DNA of 45,155 nucleotides from NCBI GenBank assembly GCA_045106055.1, contig JBGCED010000067.1, positions 1 to 45,155 of the forward strand, in the 5' to 3' direction. Position numbers and translations under genes: made by a program. How positions within the stretch are numbered: position 1 is the stretch's first letter; every line of letters begins with the position of its first letter. Below the pieces are notes generated by a model. It ran no database searches. It had not been told where the DNA came from and was given only the letters and a program-made list of their open reading frames with translations. Source of the stretch: Alphaproteobacteria bacterium (GTDB lineage: Bacteria > Pseudomonadota > Alphaproteobacteria > CBDDJK01). Positions 30,864 through 40,404 of the stretch are shown piece after piece.

Positions 30864-30910
30864 CATGCAGAAAATCTATGTTGCGAATAGCATGCAGAAA
30901 ATCTATGTTG
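30857..30910 (+). repeat. Perfect 27-bp tandem duplication spanning the recA stop and rpiB start
   Basis: CGAATAGCATGCAGAAAATCTATGTTG at 30857-30883 and 30884-30910. Confidence 0.97.
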
Positions 30911-31323
30911 CAAATGATCATGCTGGCTTTAAGCTAAAGCAGCATATTCACGATTATTTATCGCCGCGTGGGTATGATCTGGTGGATTTGGGCTGTTTTG
31001 ATGGTGAAAAATCAGTTGATTACCCAGATTACGCAGATAAGCTTGCAGATGCACTGTTTAAGGATAAGCAAGCATTCGGCATTTTAATTTGCGGCAGCGG
31101 GATTGGCATATCAATTGCCGCCAACCGTCACCGCCATATTCGCGCCGCCCTTTGCCATACGCCGCTTGACGCTGCGCTTGCACGCAAGCATAATAATGCA
31201 AATGTGATCGCGCTTGGCGAGCGGGTGATGGGGGGGGATCTTGCGATTGCTTGCGTGGATGGTTTTTTAACCCATGAATTTGAAGGCGGGCGGCATCAAG
31301 CAAGAATTGATAAATTTTCATAA
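30865..31323 (+). CDS. rpiB: Ribose-5-phosphate isomerase B (alternative start 30892)
   Basis: NDHAG, SVDYPDY, ICGSGIGISIAANR, ARKHNNAN, FEGGRH. Confidence 0.96.
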   Translation: MQKIYVANSMQKIYVANDHAGFKLKQHIHDYLSPRGYDLVDLGCFDGEKSVDYPDYADKLADALFKDKQAFGILICGSGIGISIAANRHRHIRAALCHTPLDAALARKHNNANVIALGERVMGGDLAIACVDGFLTHEFEGGRHQARIDKFS

Positions 31324-31403
31324 GGCAAAATAAATTTTTACCTTGCCACGATAATTTGTTCATTATATCACTAATTTTTTAGCATTATATAGGAGCGCAG
31401 CCA

Positions 31404-32699
31404 ATGGTTGACCAAAAAGGATTTGAAGGTTTCTTTTCTAAACCGATGGAAACATGGGATAAGGATGTTGCGGCTGCGCTTAATGACGAGCTTGGCCGCC
31501 AGAATGATGGGATTGAATTAATCGCATCTGAAAATATCGTTTCCCATGCGGTGATGCAAGCTGCTGGCTCTGTTGCAATTAACAAATATGCAGAAGGCTA
31601 TCCTGGAAAACGCTATTATGCGGGCTGCGCCCATGTTGATGTGGTGGAAAGCCTTGCGATTGAGCGCGCAAAACAGCTATTTGGCGTGAATTATGTGAAT
31701 GTTCAGCCCCATTCAGGGGCGCAGGCTAATGGCGCTGTATTTCTTGCGCTGATGAAGCCTGGCGATTGCGTTTTGGGGATGAAGCTTGCCCATGGCGGAC
31801 ATTTAAGCCATGGGGCTGCACCCAATATTTCGGGCAAATGGTTTGATGCGCATGGTTACGGCATTCGCCTTGAAGATGGCAGAATTGATTATGACGAGGT
31901 TGAAGCGCTTGCGCTTGAACACCGCCCTAAAATGATTATTGCGGGCGGTTCAGCCTATCCACGGCAGATTGATTTTCATAAATTTCGCAAAATAGCGGAT
32001 AAGGTCGGGGCGTTATTGCTGGTTGATATGGCGCATTTTGCAGGGCTAGTCGCAGCGGGCGAACATCCAAGCCCCGCAGGGATTGCCGATGTTATCACCA
32101 CCACCACCCATAAAACCTTGCGCAGTGCGCGCGGCGGCATGATCCTAACCAATGATGAGGCAATCGCGAAAAAGATTAATTCTGCGGTGTTCCCAGGCTT
32201 TCAAGGCGGGCCGTTAATGCAATCAATTGCGGGTAAAGCCGTGGGGCTTGGCGAAGCATTGCGCCCTGAATTTAAAACCTATATCAAGCAGGTTTGCACC
32301 AATGCAAAAGCGCTATCTGCAAGATTAAAAGCGGGCGGGCTTGATATTGTATCGGGGGGAACCGATACCCATTTAATGCTGGTGGATTTGCGCCCCATGG
32401 GATTAACGGGGCTTGCTGCCGATAAATCGCTTGAAAATGCGGGGATCACTTGCAATAAAAACGCCGTTCCAAATGATCCTGAAAAGCCAATGGTGACCAG
32501 CGGCATCAGGCTTGGCACGCCAGCTGCAACCACACGCGGCTTTAAAGAAGCTGAATTTGAGCAAACTGCAGATTTAATCTTGGAAGTGCTTGCGGGCTTA
32601 AAACAAAATCCAGATGATAACAGCAGCATTGAACATTCTGTGCATCAAAAAGTGACCGAATTATGCCATAAATTTCCACTTTATGCGCGCCCATTTTAA
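31404..32699 (+). CDS. glyA: Serine hydroxymethyltransferase
   Basis: [35 protein letters not shown] (PLP Lys), SGIRLGTPA. Confidence 0.99.
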   Translation: MVDQKGFEGFFSKPMETWDKDVAAALNDELGRQNDGIELIASENIVSHAVMQAAGSVAINKYAEGYPGKRYYAGCAHVDVVESLAIERAKQLFGVNYVNVQPHSGAQANGAVFLALMKPGDCVLGMKLAHGGHLSHGAAPNISGKWFDAHGYGIRLEDGRIDYDEVEALALEHRPKMIIAGGSAYPRQIDFHKFRKIADKVGALLLVDMAHFAGLVAAGEHPSPAGIADVITTTTHKTLRSARGGMILTNDEAIAKKINSAVFPGFQGGPLMQSIAGKAVGLGEALRPEFKTYIKQVCTNAKALSARLKAGGLDIVSGGTDTHLMLVDLRPMGLTGLAADKSLENAGITCNKNAVPNDPEKPMVTSGIRLGTPAATTRGFKEAEFEQTADLILEVLAGLKQNPDDNSSIEHSVHQKVTELCHKFPLYARPF

Positions 32700-32711
32700 C
32701 ATTTTGGTGTA

Positions 32712-33173
32712 ATGACGATGAAATGCCCCTTTTGCACCCATGAAGATACGCAGGTCAAGGATTCGCGCCCCACAGAAGATGGCGTGGCAATTCGCCGCCG
32801 CCGTCAATGCAGCCAATGTGCGGCGCGCTTTACGACTTTTGAACGGTTTCAACTGCGCGAATTGATGATTGTTAAAAAAGATGGCACACAAGAACCTTTT
32901 GACCGCGATAAAATCCAGCGCTCTATGCAAATTGCGCTTAGAAAACGCAAAGTAGAAAGCGGGCAAGTGGAACGGATCATCAATTCAATGGTCCGTCAGC
33001 TTGAATCGTCGGGCGAGACAGAAATTAAAGTAAGCGTGGTTGGGGAAATGGTCATGGAGGCCTTAAAACAGCTTGATAAGGTTGCTTATGTGCGTTTTGC
33101 CTCTGTTTATCGCGATTTTAATGAAGTTGAAGATTTTGCAGAATTTCTGGAACAGGACAAAAAGCCTGCATGA
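32712..33173 (+). CDS. nrdR: Transcriptional repressor NrdR (start may be 32718)
   Basis: CPFC..DSR..IRRRRQC..C Zn ribbon, RFTTFE, ATP-cone, [10 protein letters not shown]. Confidence 0.98.
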   Translation: MTMKCPFCTHEDTQVKDSRPTEDGVAIRRRRQCSQCAARFTTFERFQLRELMIVKKDGTQEPFDRDKIQRSMQIALRKRKVESGQVERIINSMVRQLESSGETEIKVSVVGEMVMEALKQLDKVAYVRFASVYRDFNEVEDFAEFLEQDKKPA

Positions 33174-33195
33174 CCAACTTGTTGTATGATAAACC

Positions 33196-34323
33196 ATGAA
33201 TGATTTTAGCAAAAATGATTATTATTTCATGCAGCTTGCCTTAAAGCGAGCAGATCGCATGCTGGGTCTGGTTGCGCCAAATCCTGCTGTGGGCTGCGTG
33301 CTGGTCAAGGATAAGCGCGTCATTGGCAGCGGCGCAACCATGAAAACAGGCCGCCCGCACGCTGAAACCACCGCGATTGATCACGCCATTGGCTTATATG
33401 GTAGGGATCATTTAAAGGGCGCAACCGCCTATATCACGCTTGAACCTTGCAATCATCAAGGGCAAACCCCGCCTTGCACGCGCGCACTTATTGATGCGGG
33501 CATAAAAACCGTGATCATTGCCGCGCTTGATCCTGATCCGCGTGTTAATGGCAGCGGCATGGAAGCCTTAAAAGCAGCAGGGATTGAAACCCATTTTGGG
33601 CTTATGGAATCAGAAGCAAGCGATATTAATCAAGGTTTTTTAAAAGCGAAGCTTCAATCAAAACCCATGGTATCCTTAAAAATTGCGACCTCTTTGGATG
33701 GCAAACTTGCGCTTAATAATGGCAAAAGCCAATGGATTACCAATTTGCAAGCGCGTCAGCATGGGCATTTCTTGCGCGCCCGCCATGATGCTTTATTGAT
33801 TGGTGCAGGGACGCTGCGCGCCGATGATCCCCAGCTTAATTGCCGCTTGCCAGGGCTTGAATCATCAAGCCCCATTCCCGTCATCTTGCAAGGAAAAATG
33901 CCGCTTCCTCCAGCAGCTACCCTGCTTGAAAGCAACCCCAACACCATCATTTTATATCCAAGCAAGCATGATTATTGCGATCTATATCCAGATCATGTTG
34001 AAAAAATCGCGATTGATGATTATGAAGATCATGCCCTGTCGCTGGATGCGGTTTTGGCTGCGCTTGCGGGCAAAGGCATTACCCGCTTGCTGGTGGAAAG
34101 TGGGCAGAAATTAACCACAAGCTTTATTCAATCCAAATTGACGGATTATTTATATCATTATGTTAGCCCGCGCGCGATTGGCAATGATGGCTTGCCTGCA
34201 ATTGGCGAATTAGGGCTTGAAGGATTGAACCAATGCCCCCATTTCCACAAGAGTGATCAGCTTTCATTTGATCAGGATTGGGTTAATATTTACAAAAGAA
34301 TTGATGATGATTTCTATGGCTAG
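33196..34323 (+). CDS. ribD: Bifunctional riboflavin deaminase/reductase
   Basis: PNPAVGCV, HAE, TLEPCNHQGQTPPC, SLDGK, SQWIT, DDPQL. Confidence 0.97.
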   Translation: MNDFSKNDYYFMQLALKRADRMLGLVAPNPAVGCVLVKDKRVIGSGATMKTGRPHAETTAIDHAIGLYGRDHLKGATAYITLEPCNHQGQTPPCTRALIDAGIKTVIIAALDPDPRVNGSGMEALKAAGIETHFGLMESEASDINQGFLKAKLQSKPMVSLKIATSLDGKLALNNGKSQWITNLQARQHGHFLRARHDALLIGAGTLRADDPQLNCRLPGLESSSPIPVILQGKMPLPPAATLLESNPNTIILYPSKHDYCDLYPDHVEKIAIDDYEDHALSLDAVLAALAGKGITRLLVESGQKLTTSFIQSKLTDYLYHYVSPRAIGNDGLPAIGELGLEGLNQCPHFHKSDQLSFDQDWVNIYKRIDDDFYG

Positions 34324-34804
34324 AGGGCTTTATCTTTATTATTGGATCACCTTGCTGCTGGTTGGAAGCTTTGGCTTGACGCAGCCTGTATTGTCAGTTC
34401 AACCTGGCGAACAATTAACAGACCCAAAGCTTGAGCAGCGCGCCCGCGAATTATCAAAAAACATTCGCTGTTTGGTGTGTCAAAACCAATCAATTGATGA
34501 TTCGGATGCGCCTTTGGCAAAAGATTTAAGGGTGCTATTGCGCGAACGCTTGGTTGCTGGCGATAATGATGATGAAATTTTTGACTTTTTGGTTAGCCGC
34601 TATGGCAGCTATGTCTTATTAAAACCGCCTGTTAATTCCAGCACCTATATTTTATGGTTTGCCCCGATTTTGTTTTTTATTGCTGCTTTTGCAATTTATT
34701 TTCTATGGCGGCGCGCCGAGGGAAATCGCCTAAAACCCCATAATCAAGCCGAAATTAGCGATGATGAAGTGCTTGCCTATCTTAAAAAAGAAAGCGATCA
34801 TTAA
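34316..34804 (+). CDS. ccmH: Cytochrome c maturation protein CcmH/CycL
   Basis: IRCLVCQNQSIDDSDAPLAKDLR, RYGSYVLLKPP, C-terminal TM; ATG 34316 overlaps the end of ribD. Confidence 0.95.
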   Translation: MARGLYLYYWITLLLVGSFGLTQPVLSVQPGEQLTDPKLEQRARELSKNIRCLVCQNQSIDDSDAPLAKDLRVLLRERLVAGDNDDEIFDFLVSRYGSYVLLKPPVNSSTYILWFAPILFFIAAFAIYFLWRRAEGNRLKPHNQAEISDDEVLAYLKKESDH

Positions 34805-35992
34805 ATGCTTTTCTGGATTTTAATCTTAATCATTGCCATTTTAAGCATTTTGGGGCTGCTTTATTATATATGGATCATGCCCAAAACGGGCGCGCGCGAC
34901 ACGCAGCAAGCCATTATTTCAACCTATAAGCAGCAATTAAGCGAAATTGATCAATCGCTGCGCTTGGGGCTATTGCTTGAAGCCGATGCCATGGATCAAA
35001 AAAAAGAAATTGCACGGCGCTTATTATTGATTGAGCGCAGCAAAGATGATCAAGCCCTTACCGCGCAGCATATAGTAAGCGGCGCGGCAATCAAAAAGCA
35101 AAATATCCTGTTAAGCCTGTTGATTGTCATTCTTTTGCCTGCGGTCAGCTTTGGAACCTATTACAAGATGGGCAATCCCAATTCAGGGGATTGGCCGCTA
35201 ATGGGCGAGCGCGCGCAGCGATTGGCAGCGATTGCCGCTGATCCGCAAGCTGCCTTAAATGAAATGAAAATTGAATTACAGGAAAATTTGGATCAAAATC
35301 CGCAAATTCCTGAAAATTGGGCGGCGATGGCAACCCATCATTTGCGGTTAAATCAGCCTGATGAAGCGGTGAAAACCATTGAACAGGCAGCAGCATTATT
35401 CCCCGAAAATGCAAATATCATCACCCAGCAAGCCGAGATTTACACCCTTAGCGCAAATGGATTTGTGACGCCGCAAGCCCAAGATTTATTTTACAAAGCC
35501 ATTGAGCTGGAACCCGATCAGGCAAAGCCTTATTTTTACATTGCAGAGGGGGAATGGCAGCGCGACAACCATGAAACCGCCCTTTCAATCTGGAAAGATT
35601 TAATTGATAATGCGCCAAATGGCGCGCCATGGCTTCAATTTGTAACAAATCGTTTTGCCCAAGCAAATCAAGAGCTGATGCAAGCTGAAAATGCACCTGC
35701 CCCCAATCAACAAACCGAATCTTTTGCTGCAATGAACGCGCAGCAGCAAGAAATGGTGCTGGGCATGGTCTCTGGCTTGGAAGAAAGGCTGGCTGAAGAT
35801 CCAGATGACCAGCAGGGCTGGCAGCGGCTGATCAGATCCTATCAAGTATTAGGGGATGCGGCTGCGGAGCGAACAGCCATTACAGGACTGCTGGCATTTT
35901 TAGACCGCCAGCTGACCCTAACCCCTGAACAGCAACAGCTTAGCACCGAAATTCAGGCAAGACTTCAAATCTTATCGCTAACAAATTCTTAA
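34805..35992 (+). CDS. ccmI: Cytochrome c maturation protein CcmI/CycH (TPR)
   Basis: Two TMs, 'YKQQLSEID...EIARRLL', 'YYKMGNP', TPRs, 'MVSGLEERLAEDPDDQQGWQRLIRSYQVLG'. Confidence 0.92.
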   Translation: MLFWILILIIAILSILGLLYYIWIMPKTGARDTQQAIISTYKQQLSEIDQSLRLGLLLEADAMDQKKEIARRLLLIERSKDDQALTAQHIVSGAAIKKQNILLSLLIVILLPAVSFGTYYKMGNPNSGDWPLMGERAQRLAAIAADPQAALNEMKIELQENLDQNPQIPENWAAMATHHLRLNQPDEAVKTIEQAAALFPENANIITQQAEIYTLSANGFVTPQAQDLFYKAIELEPDQAKPYFYIAEGEWQRDNHETALSIWKDLIDNAPNGAPWLQFVTNRFAQANQELMQAENAPAPNQQTESFAAMNAQQQEMVLGMVSGLEERLAEDPDDQQGWQRLIRSYQVLGDAAAERTAITGLLAFLDRQLTLTPEQQQLSTEIQARLQILSLTNS

Positions 35993-36297
35993 TTTTTAAG
36001 CGATTTGGATTCTTCTGCGGCTTCTTCTGCTTCTTCTCGTGCCAAATGTTCATCGGCAAGCCGCTGCATCAGTGCGGATACTTCTTTTAGGGTATTTTGT
36101 AATTGCGTCATGCGCACCCTTGGTTCAGGCATTTCCTCAACTGGCAGCTTTAAAACCGCAGCGCATAAATCATTCAAACGCGGGGAAAGATCATGTAAAG
36201 GCGGGTCGCCCTCAACATTTTCTTCGCCATTTAAAAACTGCACAACCTCTTTATCAAGCTGATCAAAGCCTTCAATAATTTCATTATAGGTCATCAT
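35989..36297 (-). CDS. Small acidic helical hypothetical protein, last gene of the flagellin operon
   Basis: 102 aa; ATGA overlap with the upstream stop; amphipathic helices 'DLSPRLNDLCAAVLKLP...MTQLQNTLKEVSALMQRLA'. Confidence 0.75.
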   Translation of the reverse strand: MMTYNEIIEGFDQLDKEVVQFLNGEENVEGDPPLHDLSPRLNDLCAAVLKLPVEEMPEPRVRMTQLQNTLKEVSALMQRLADEHLAREEAEEAAEESKSLKN

Positions 36298-38405
36298 TCA
36301 TTTCCTTTTTGTTGGGGGTGAAGCGTGCCTTCAAGCTTTAAAGGTGCCAATTGAATATGGGGGAATAGGAACCCTTTTTTATCATAAGCATTTGCAATTA
36401 AATCGCCAACGCTGCCATCATCGCATTTATCAAGCACAAACAGGGTAACGCGTAACATTTCATGTAATTCAAAGATTAATAATTGCTTTAGCCAAGGGAA
36501 AAAATCATCAAAATCTTGCTTTTCAACGCGGCGATAAAAATAAGTAAAGCCCAGCAATTCAATAAAAACCGTTCCCCTTAACATGCGGCGCAGCGCATCA
36601 AGCTCGTTATCGCCGCTCTCTTCCATCAATTCTTGATAGCAATAGCCATGAAGCGCAAAATAATCGTCAAATTGATCAATGGTTTCAATCATTTTTTCAA
36701 CATAGCGTTTCATCCGCCGACGCATATTGCCAAAGCGCAGCCCATAAGCCTCCATCGGATTTTCAATATAATCAAAAGATTGAAAACATTCTGCAACCGC
36801 TGGCTTATCGCTTGAATCTTGCCTATATTTAATTGGCTTCATGCTGCGCAGCGCAATTTCAGGCAAAATGGGAATTGTGCCATCAATGCGCACCCCATCG
36901 CTGCAATTATAAAAATTAATCTGTTCATAGGCTTGCAGCAACCCCAGCTTAAATAAAACGGTAATGTCATAAGCCCCATCGCTGATCACAAAACCGCCAA
37001 AATTGGCAGGGCGATAATTAGAGACTTTGCCCTGTGTCCCTTCGGCAATTTCATTGAAGCTTTTTGCCTTATCCATGCCTGGAATATTATAATAGGATGA
37101 ATCTTTGGAATGATGCTGTTCTTTATCGCGCGTGCCAAGATCAATTCCCAGCATATAAATATTGGCAAAGCCCATGCCAACCGCAAAACGCAAGCCTGCA
37201 TTGCTAACAAGCGGCCCTGCATTATTCACGGCGGCGCAATGTTCTGCAAATAATTTTTCGGTGCAAATATGATCCCGAAAAAATATAATTTTCCTGCCAA
37301 AATATTCAAGCGCTTTAAAATAAACCGACGCAGAAGCCACCACCGTAATGTCTGATAGGTCAAATTCTTCTGATACTTTACGGGTGACCATTTCCTGATC
37401 AATCGTATTTTCAACCAATATATGAAAATCAGGCTTAATGCCGTTTTTAAGCAATACACGAATTGCTGTACCGCAAGAAATAATCACCGCCTTTTGATTA
37501 ATCTCTTTCAAAAGATGAATGGATTGATCAATCGATGGCCCTGAACCAATCACAAAAACAGGGGTTTCTTTTTCATAACGCTGTTTTTGATACCAGAAAT
37601 AAGCGGGCTTGGTATTTTGAAAATTTTGCAAACTATGCACAAGCATAACCGTTTCATCTTCAAAAAACCCTAAATTAGAAGCGATATATTGTATGTTGCT
37701 TAAAACGGCATTTTTAAGCATTGCAAGATTTGCAGAAGGATAATGCGTAAATGTGATCATCCCATCCACTTGCCCAATCCCGTGATCGCGCAGCCTTGCA
37801 ATTAAAAAATGCTCAACCCGTTCATAATGATTGCAAATTAAATGCAGCCTGCCGCCTTTGGCGCTTAACATATCATCTATTTCCTGCCAATCAATGGAAT
37901 GGCAGGCATAATATAAAAATTCTATGTAGGTTTCGGAAATGAATAGGGTGCGAACATCAAATTTCTCAATTAACGGCTTTAGATGATGCCCAAGTCCAAG
38001 CCCATAAACCACCATTAATTCATTTTCAAAGTTGCTTTTAATCCGCTTTCCTTTAAAGCGATGCTCGCCCTCATTCTTAATATAAGCCAGCGCATTATTT
38101 GATCTTAGCGTATGCAGGCTAAGCGCGCCCATCCCCACATAGACCCGATCTGGCTTGCGTTCAAACGCAGCAATTTGATCTTGGGCATAGGTAAATGCAT
38201 CCTTATCTTCATAAAGATTGCGATTGCCAATATCAAGATTGATGATTGTGCCGCCCTCGCCTTGGGTTTCCCCCTCGCCTTGGGTCTCCCCTTGGGCATA
38301 GATCGGGGTTGATGCCGTATTATGTAAATTTTTAAGCCAGCTTACATAAAAAGGGTATTTTTCTTGAAAATAATCCAAGTTTTTTTGAAAAAGTTCACTA
38401 TTCAT
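36294..38405 (-). CDS. Motility-associated factor (Maf, DUF115/MptE-like) flagellin glycosyltransferase
   Basis: LFQKNL N-terminus, VYGLGLGHHL, SIDW, LGFFEDE, VIGSGPSID, SCGTA..LLKNGIKPDFH, GPLVSN, IYMLGIDLG, HHSKDSSYY, YNCSDGVRIDG. ATG 38405 overlaps the upstream TAG. Confidence 0.88.
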   Translation of the reverse strand: MNSELFQKNLDYFQEKYPFYVSWLKNLHNTASTPIYAQGETQGEGETQGEGGTIINLDIGNRNLYEDKDAFTYAQDQIAAFERKPDRVYVGMGALSLHTLRSNNALAYIKNEGEHRFKGKRIKSNFENELMVVYGLGLGHHLKPLIEKFDVRTLFISETYIEFLYYACHSIDWQEIDDMLSAKGGRLHLICNHYERVEHFLIARLRDHGIGQVDGMITFTHYPSANLAMLKNAVLSNIQYIASNLGFFEDETVMLVHSLQNFQNTKPAYFWYQKQRYEKETPVFVIGSGPSIDQSIHLLKEINQKAVIISCGTAIRVLLKNGIKPDFHILVENTIDQEMVTRKVSEEFDLSDITVVASASVYFKALEYFGRKIIFFRDHICTEKLFAEHCAAVNNAGPLVSNAGLRFAVGMGFANIYMLGIDLGTRDKEQHHSKDSSYYNIPGMDKAKSFNEIAEGTQGKVSNYRPANFGGFVISDGAYDITVLFKLGLLQAYEQINFYNCSDGVRIDGTIPILPEIALRSMKPIKYRQDSSDKPAVAECFQSFDYIENPMEAYGLRFGNMRRRMKRYVEKMIETIDQFDDYFALHGYCYQELMEESGDNELDALRRMLRGTVFIELLGFTYFYRRVEKQDFDDFFPWLKQLLIFELHEMLRVTLFVLDKCDDGSVGDLIANAYDKKGFLFPHIQLAPLKLEGTLHPQQKGNE
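38254..38296 (-). repeat. 18-bp tandem repeat in the Maf N-terminal region (QGETQGEGETQGEG)
   Basis: CCCTCGCCTTGGGT(T/C)TCC at 38254 and 38272, plus a partial third copy. Confidence 0.9.
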
Positions 38406-40305
38406 GGCTTGCCTCATCCGTCCCAAAATGATCAATATGGGTTTGCATCAAGGTTAAAAATGCAATCGCTGCACAGCTTCGCCATTCCTTGCTGGTAACC
38501 TTATAAAATCGTTGTTCAACGCTTTTTATCAATGCTTCATCAATCGGCGGCAATGCCCATAAATCATCAAGGGAATAGACAATGCGCGATTCTAGCCCCA
38601 GCAGATAATAAAGTGCCTGCATTAAATAAGCTGGCGATTTTGCGGGGTCTAAACCTAGGGGAACAACAAGATCAGGAATGATCCCTTGATTAAAACAATC
38701 AATGAAATATTGCGCTTGCCCCCAAACATCAAAACAAACATAGCGATTATGGGGCTGTTTTTCCAAATCAAACTTGACCCATTCCAGCTGATCTTGATCA
38801 ATCAATCCAAGATTTTGTAAAATTTCATCGCCTGCAAGCCGATCTTGATCCAATGCATTTTTCAAAAAACCAACTTGCTTATCGTGATCGCCTTCAAAAA
38901 GTTCAAAAAAACCAACCGAACAATGATGAATTAACGGGGGCAGAATTAACACATCTGGATTGCTGCCCTGGGTTCGTGCTTGATGGGCATTAATATGATT
39001 TTCAACCAGATTATTGGTTGCTGGCGTTTGAATAAGGCGCGGGATTACTGTGCATTGCAGCGCGGTTTCAAGCGAATCAAATAGGGGGCGATGATCTTGC
39101 TGATGGGGCGCGGGGCAGAATATCGGAACAGCTTTAAATTTTTCTTTAAACGCATCATTGAATAAATATGGGCGTTTACCGTGACCGATGCGGCTTTGAA
39201 TGTTGATGATCAGCGTCGGGTTGATTTTCTCAACCATATAAATCAAAGTTTCATCATCAATTTTTTCAACATTTACCCAATCGGCAAAGATATTTGCATA
39301 AATTTCAGTAACAGAATCGCCTTTATCTGTTTCATTAAAGACCATGATTGTGCTTTTAATCCCGCTATATTCTGCCAGTAAATCCAGAATAAAATTGGCG
39401 GTATTATGATTTTGATTAAAATCAGCATAGACAAGAATATTATGATGGCTTGATTGATGATCTTTAATCTTAGCGCGCCATTGCGATAGAATATCGGCTT
39501 CGGGCTTGGTTTCAATATCCAATAATAGCGCATCTGGGCGTTTGTTCAAATGCGCTTCCAGCAATTTTGGATCATGCGCCCGCGGGATGGCGGCAAGCAT
39601 ATCGTCAATTTCCAAATTGGCTTCAATGCTGCTGGTTAAAAGGTCTAATTTATCCAGGCTTAGATTTTCCAGTGGCAATTCTTCAAGTCGATCAAAGCCT
39701 TTTGCATTTAAAATCGCATCAATCACCAAATCATGATAACGCCCATTATGATCGGCGCGAAATAAAGGCAAGGCGGCTTGAAGCGCGCTATAGCTGTGAC
39801 CCAGCTTTGCCGCGCAGGAAACAACCCCTTGCCACGCAACAGGATTATCCGATTCCAGCAGTGCAAGATTTTCAAAAAACTGATATGCAGATTGATATTT
39901 GCCATCTTTAAGCGCGGTTTTTGCGCTTCTAAGCAAGACATTATCTTGGATATTGCTAAAATTTATGTCAAAATTGCCAATAATTTTGGGCATGGATTTG
40001 ATCTGCCCAATTTGCAAAATCGATGATATTTTTGCAAAATAAATTCCTTCTGCCATCATGCCAAGCTTGGTTGCGGCGGCGGATGCAGCTTCGGCGATCA
40101 TTTTTTCTTCTGTGCCTTCATTCACCGCAGCGCGCAATAATTCAATGCCAATAGACACCCTGCCCGCAATCAAATTCACCAAACCAAATAAATATTTTAT
40201 GGTAAGCGGCGGCAGCGTCTTAACGGCAGGCTGATTAAGAATTTCCAGCACTTCTTCGACCGCGTTTTGATCGATCAAGGCATTATATTTTTCAAAATCA
40301 AACAT
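38398..40305 (-). CDS. TPR protein with degenerate GT41 (OGT/SPINDLY-like) glycosyltransferase domain
   Basis: TPR-like helices (GIYFAKI; YQSAYQFFENLALLESDNPVAWQG). 'ILVYADFNQNHNTANFILDLL...GDSVTEIYANIFADWVNVEKIDDETLIYMVEKINPTLIINI' follows the GT41 N-cat pattern (GYVSxDFxxHxV...DxxT...W..I..LDD...I..D.IDILVDL). The C-cat half is only weakly recognisable. AAGGG before ATG 40305. Confidence 0.65.
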   Translation of the reverse strand: MFDFEKYNALIDQNAVEEVLEILNQPAVKTLPPLTIKYLFGLVNLIAGRVSIGIELLRAAVNEGTEEKMIAEAASAAATKLGMMAEGIYFAKISSILQIGQIKSMPKIIGNFDINFSNIQDNVLLRSAKTALKDGKYQSAYQFFENLALLESDNPVAWQGVVSCAAKLGHSYSALQAALPLFRADHNGRYHDLVIDAILNAKGFDRLEELPLENLSLDKLDLLTSSIEANLEIDDMLAAIPRAHDPKLLEAHLNKRPDALLLDIETKPEADILSQWRAKIKDHQSSHHNILVYADFNQNHNTANFILDLLAEYSGIKSTIMVFNETDKGDSVTEIYANIFADWVNVEKIDDETLIYMVEKINPTLIINIQSRIGHGKRPYLFNDAFKEKFKAVPIFCPAPHQQDHRPLFDSLETALQCTVIPRLIQTPATNNLVENHINAHQARTQGSNPDVLILPPLIHHCSVGFFELFEGDHDKQVGFLKNALDQDRLAGDEILQNLGLIDQDQLEWVKFDLEKQPHNRYVCFDVWGQAQYFIDCFNQGIIPDLVVPLGLDPAKSPAYLMQALYYLLGLESRIVYSLDDLWALPPIDEALIKSVEQRFYKVTSKEWRSCAAIAFLTLMQTHIDHFGTDEASHE

Positions 40306-40318
40306 GTTGAATTGCCCT

Positions 40319-40373
40319 TGATATGCATGATTAAAACAAGTGATATGCATGTGATTTGCATGATTAAAACAAG
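40319..40373. repeat. Nested direct repeats between flagellin and the GT41-like gene
   Basis: TGCATGATTAAAACAAG at 40324-40340 and 40357-40373; TGAT(A/T)TGCATG at 40319, 40341 and 40352. Confidence 0.85.
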
Positions 40374-40404
40374 AAGCGTGAATGCGTTAAAAAGATGATC
40401 AAAA

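Noticed and set aside
36294-38405. Folate-pathway MptE kinase or septum-formation Maf (nucleotide pyrophosphatase)
   Set aside because: The 700-aa length, motif set and position beside flagellin fit the motility-associated-factor glycosyltransferase; the other names reflect a shared domain label or homonym.
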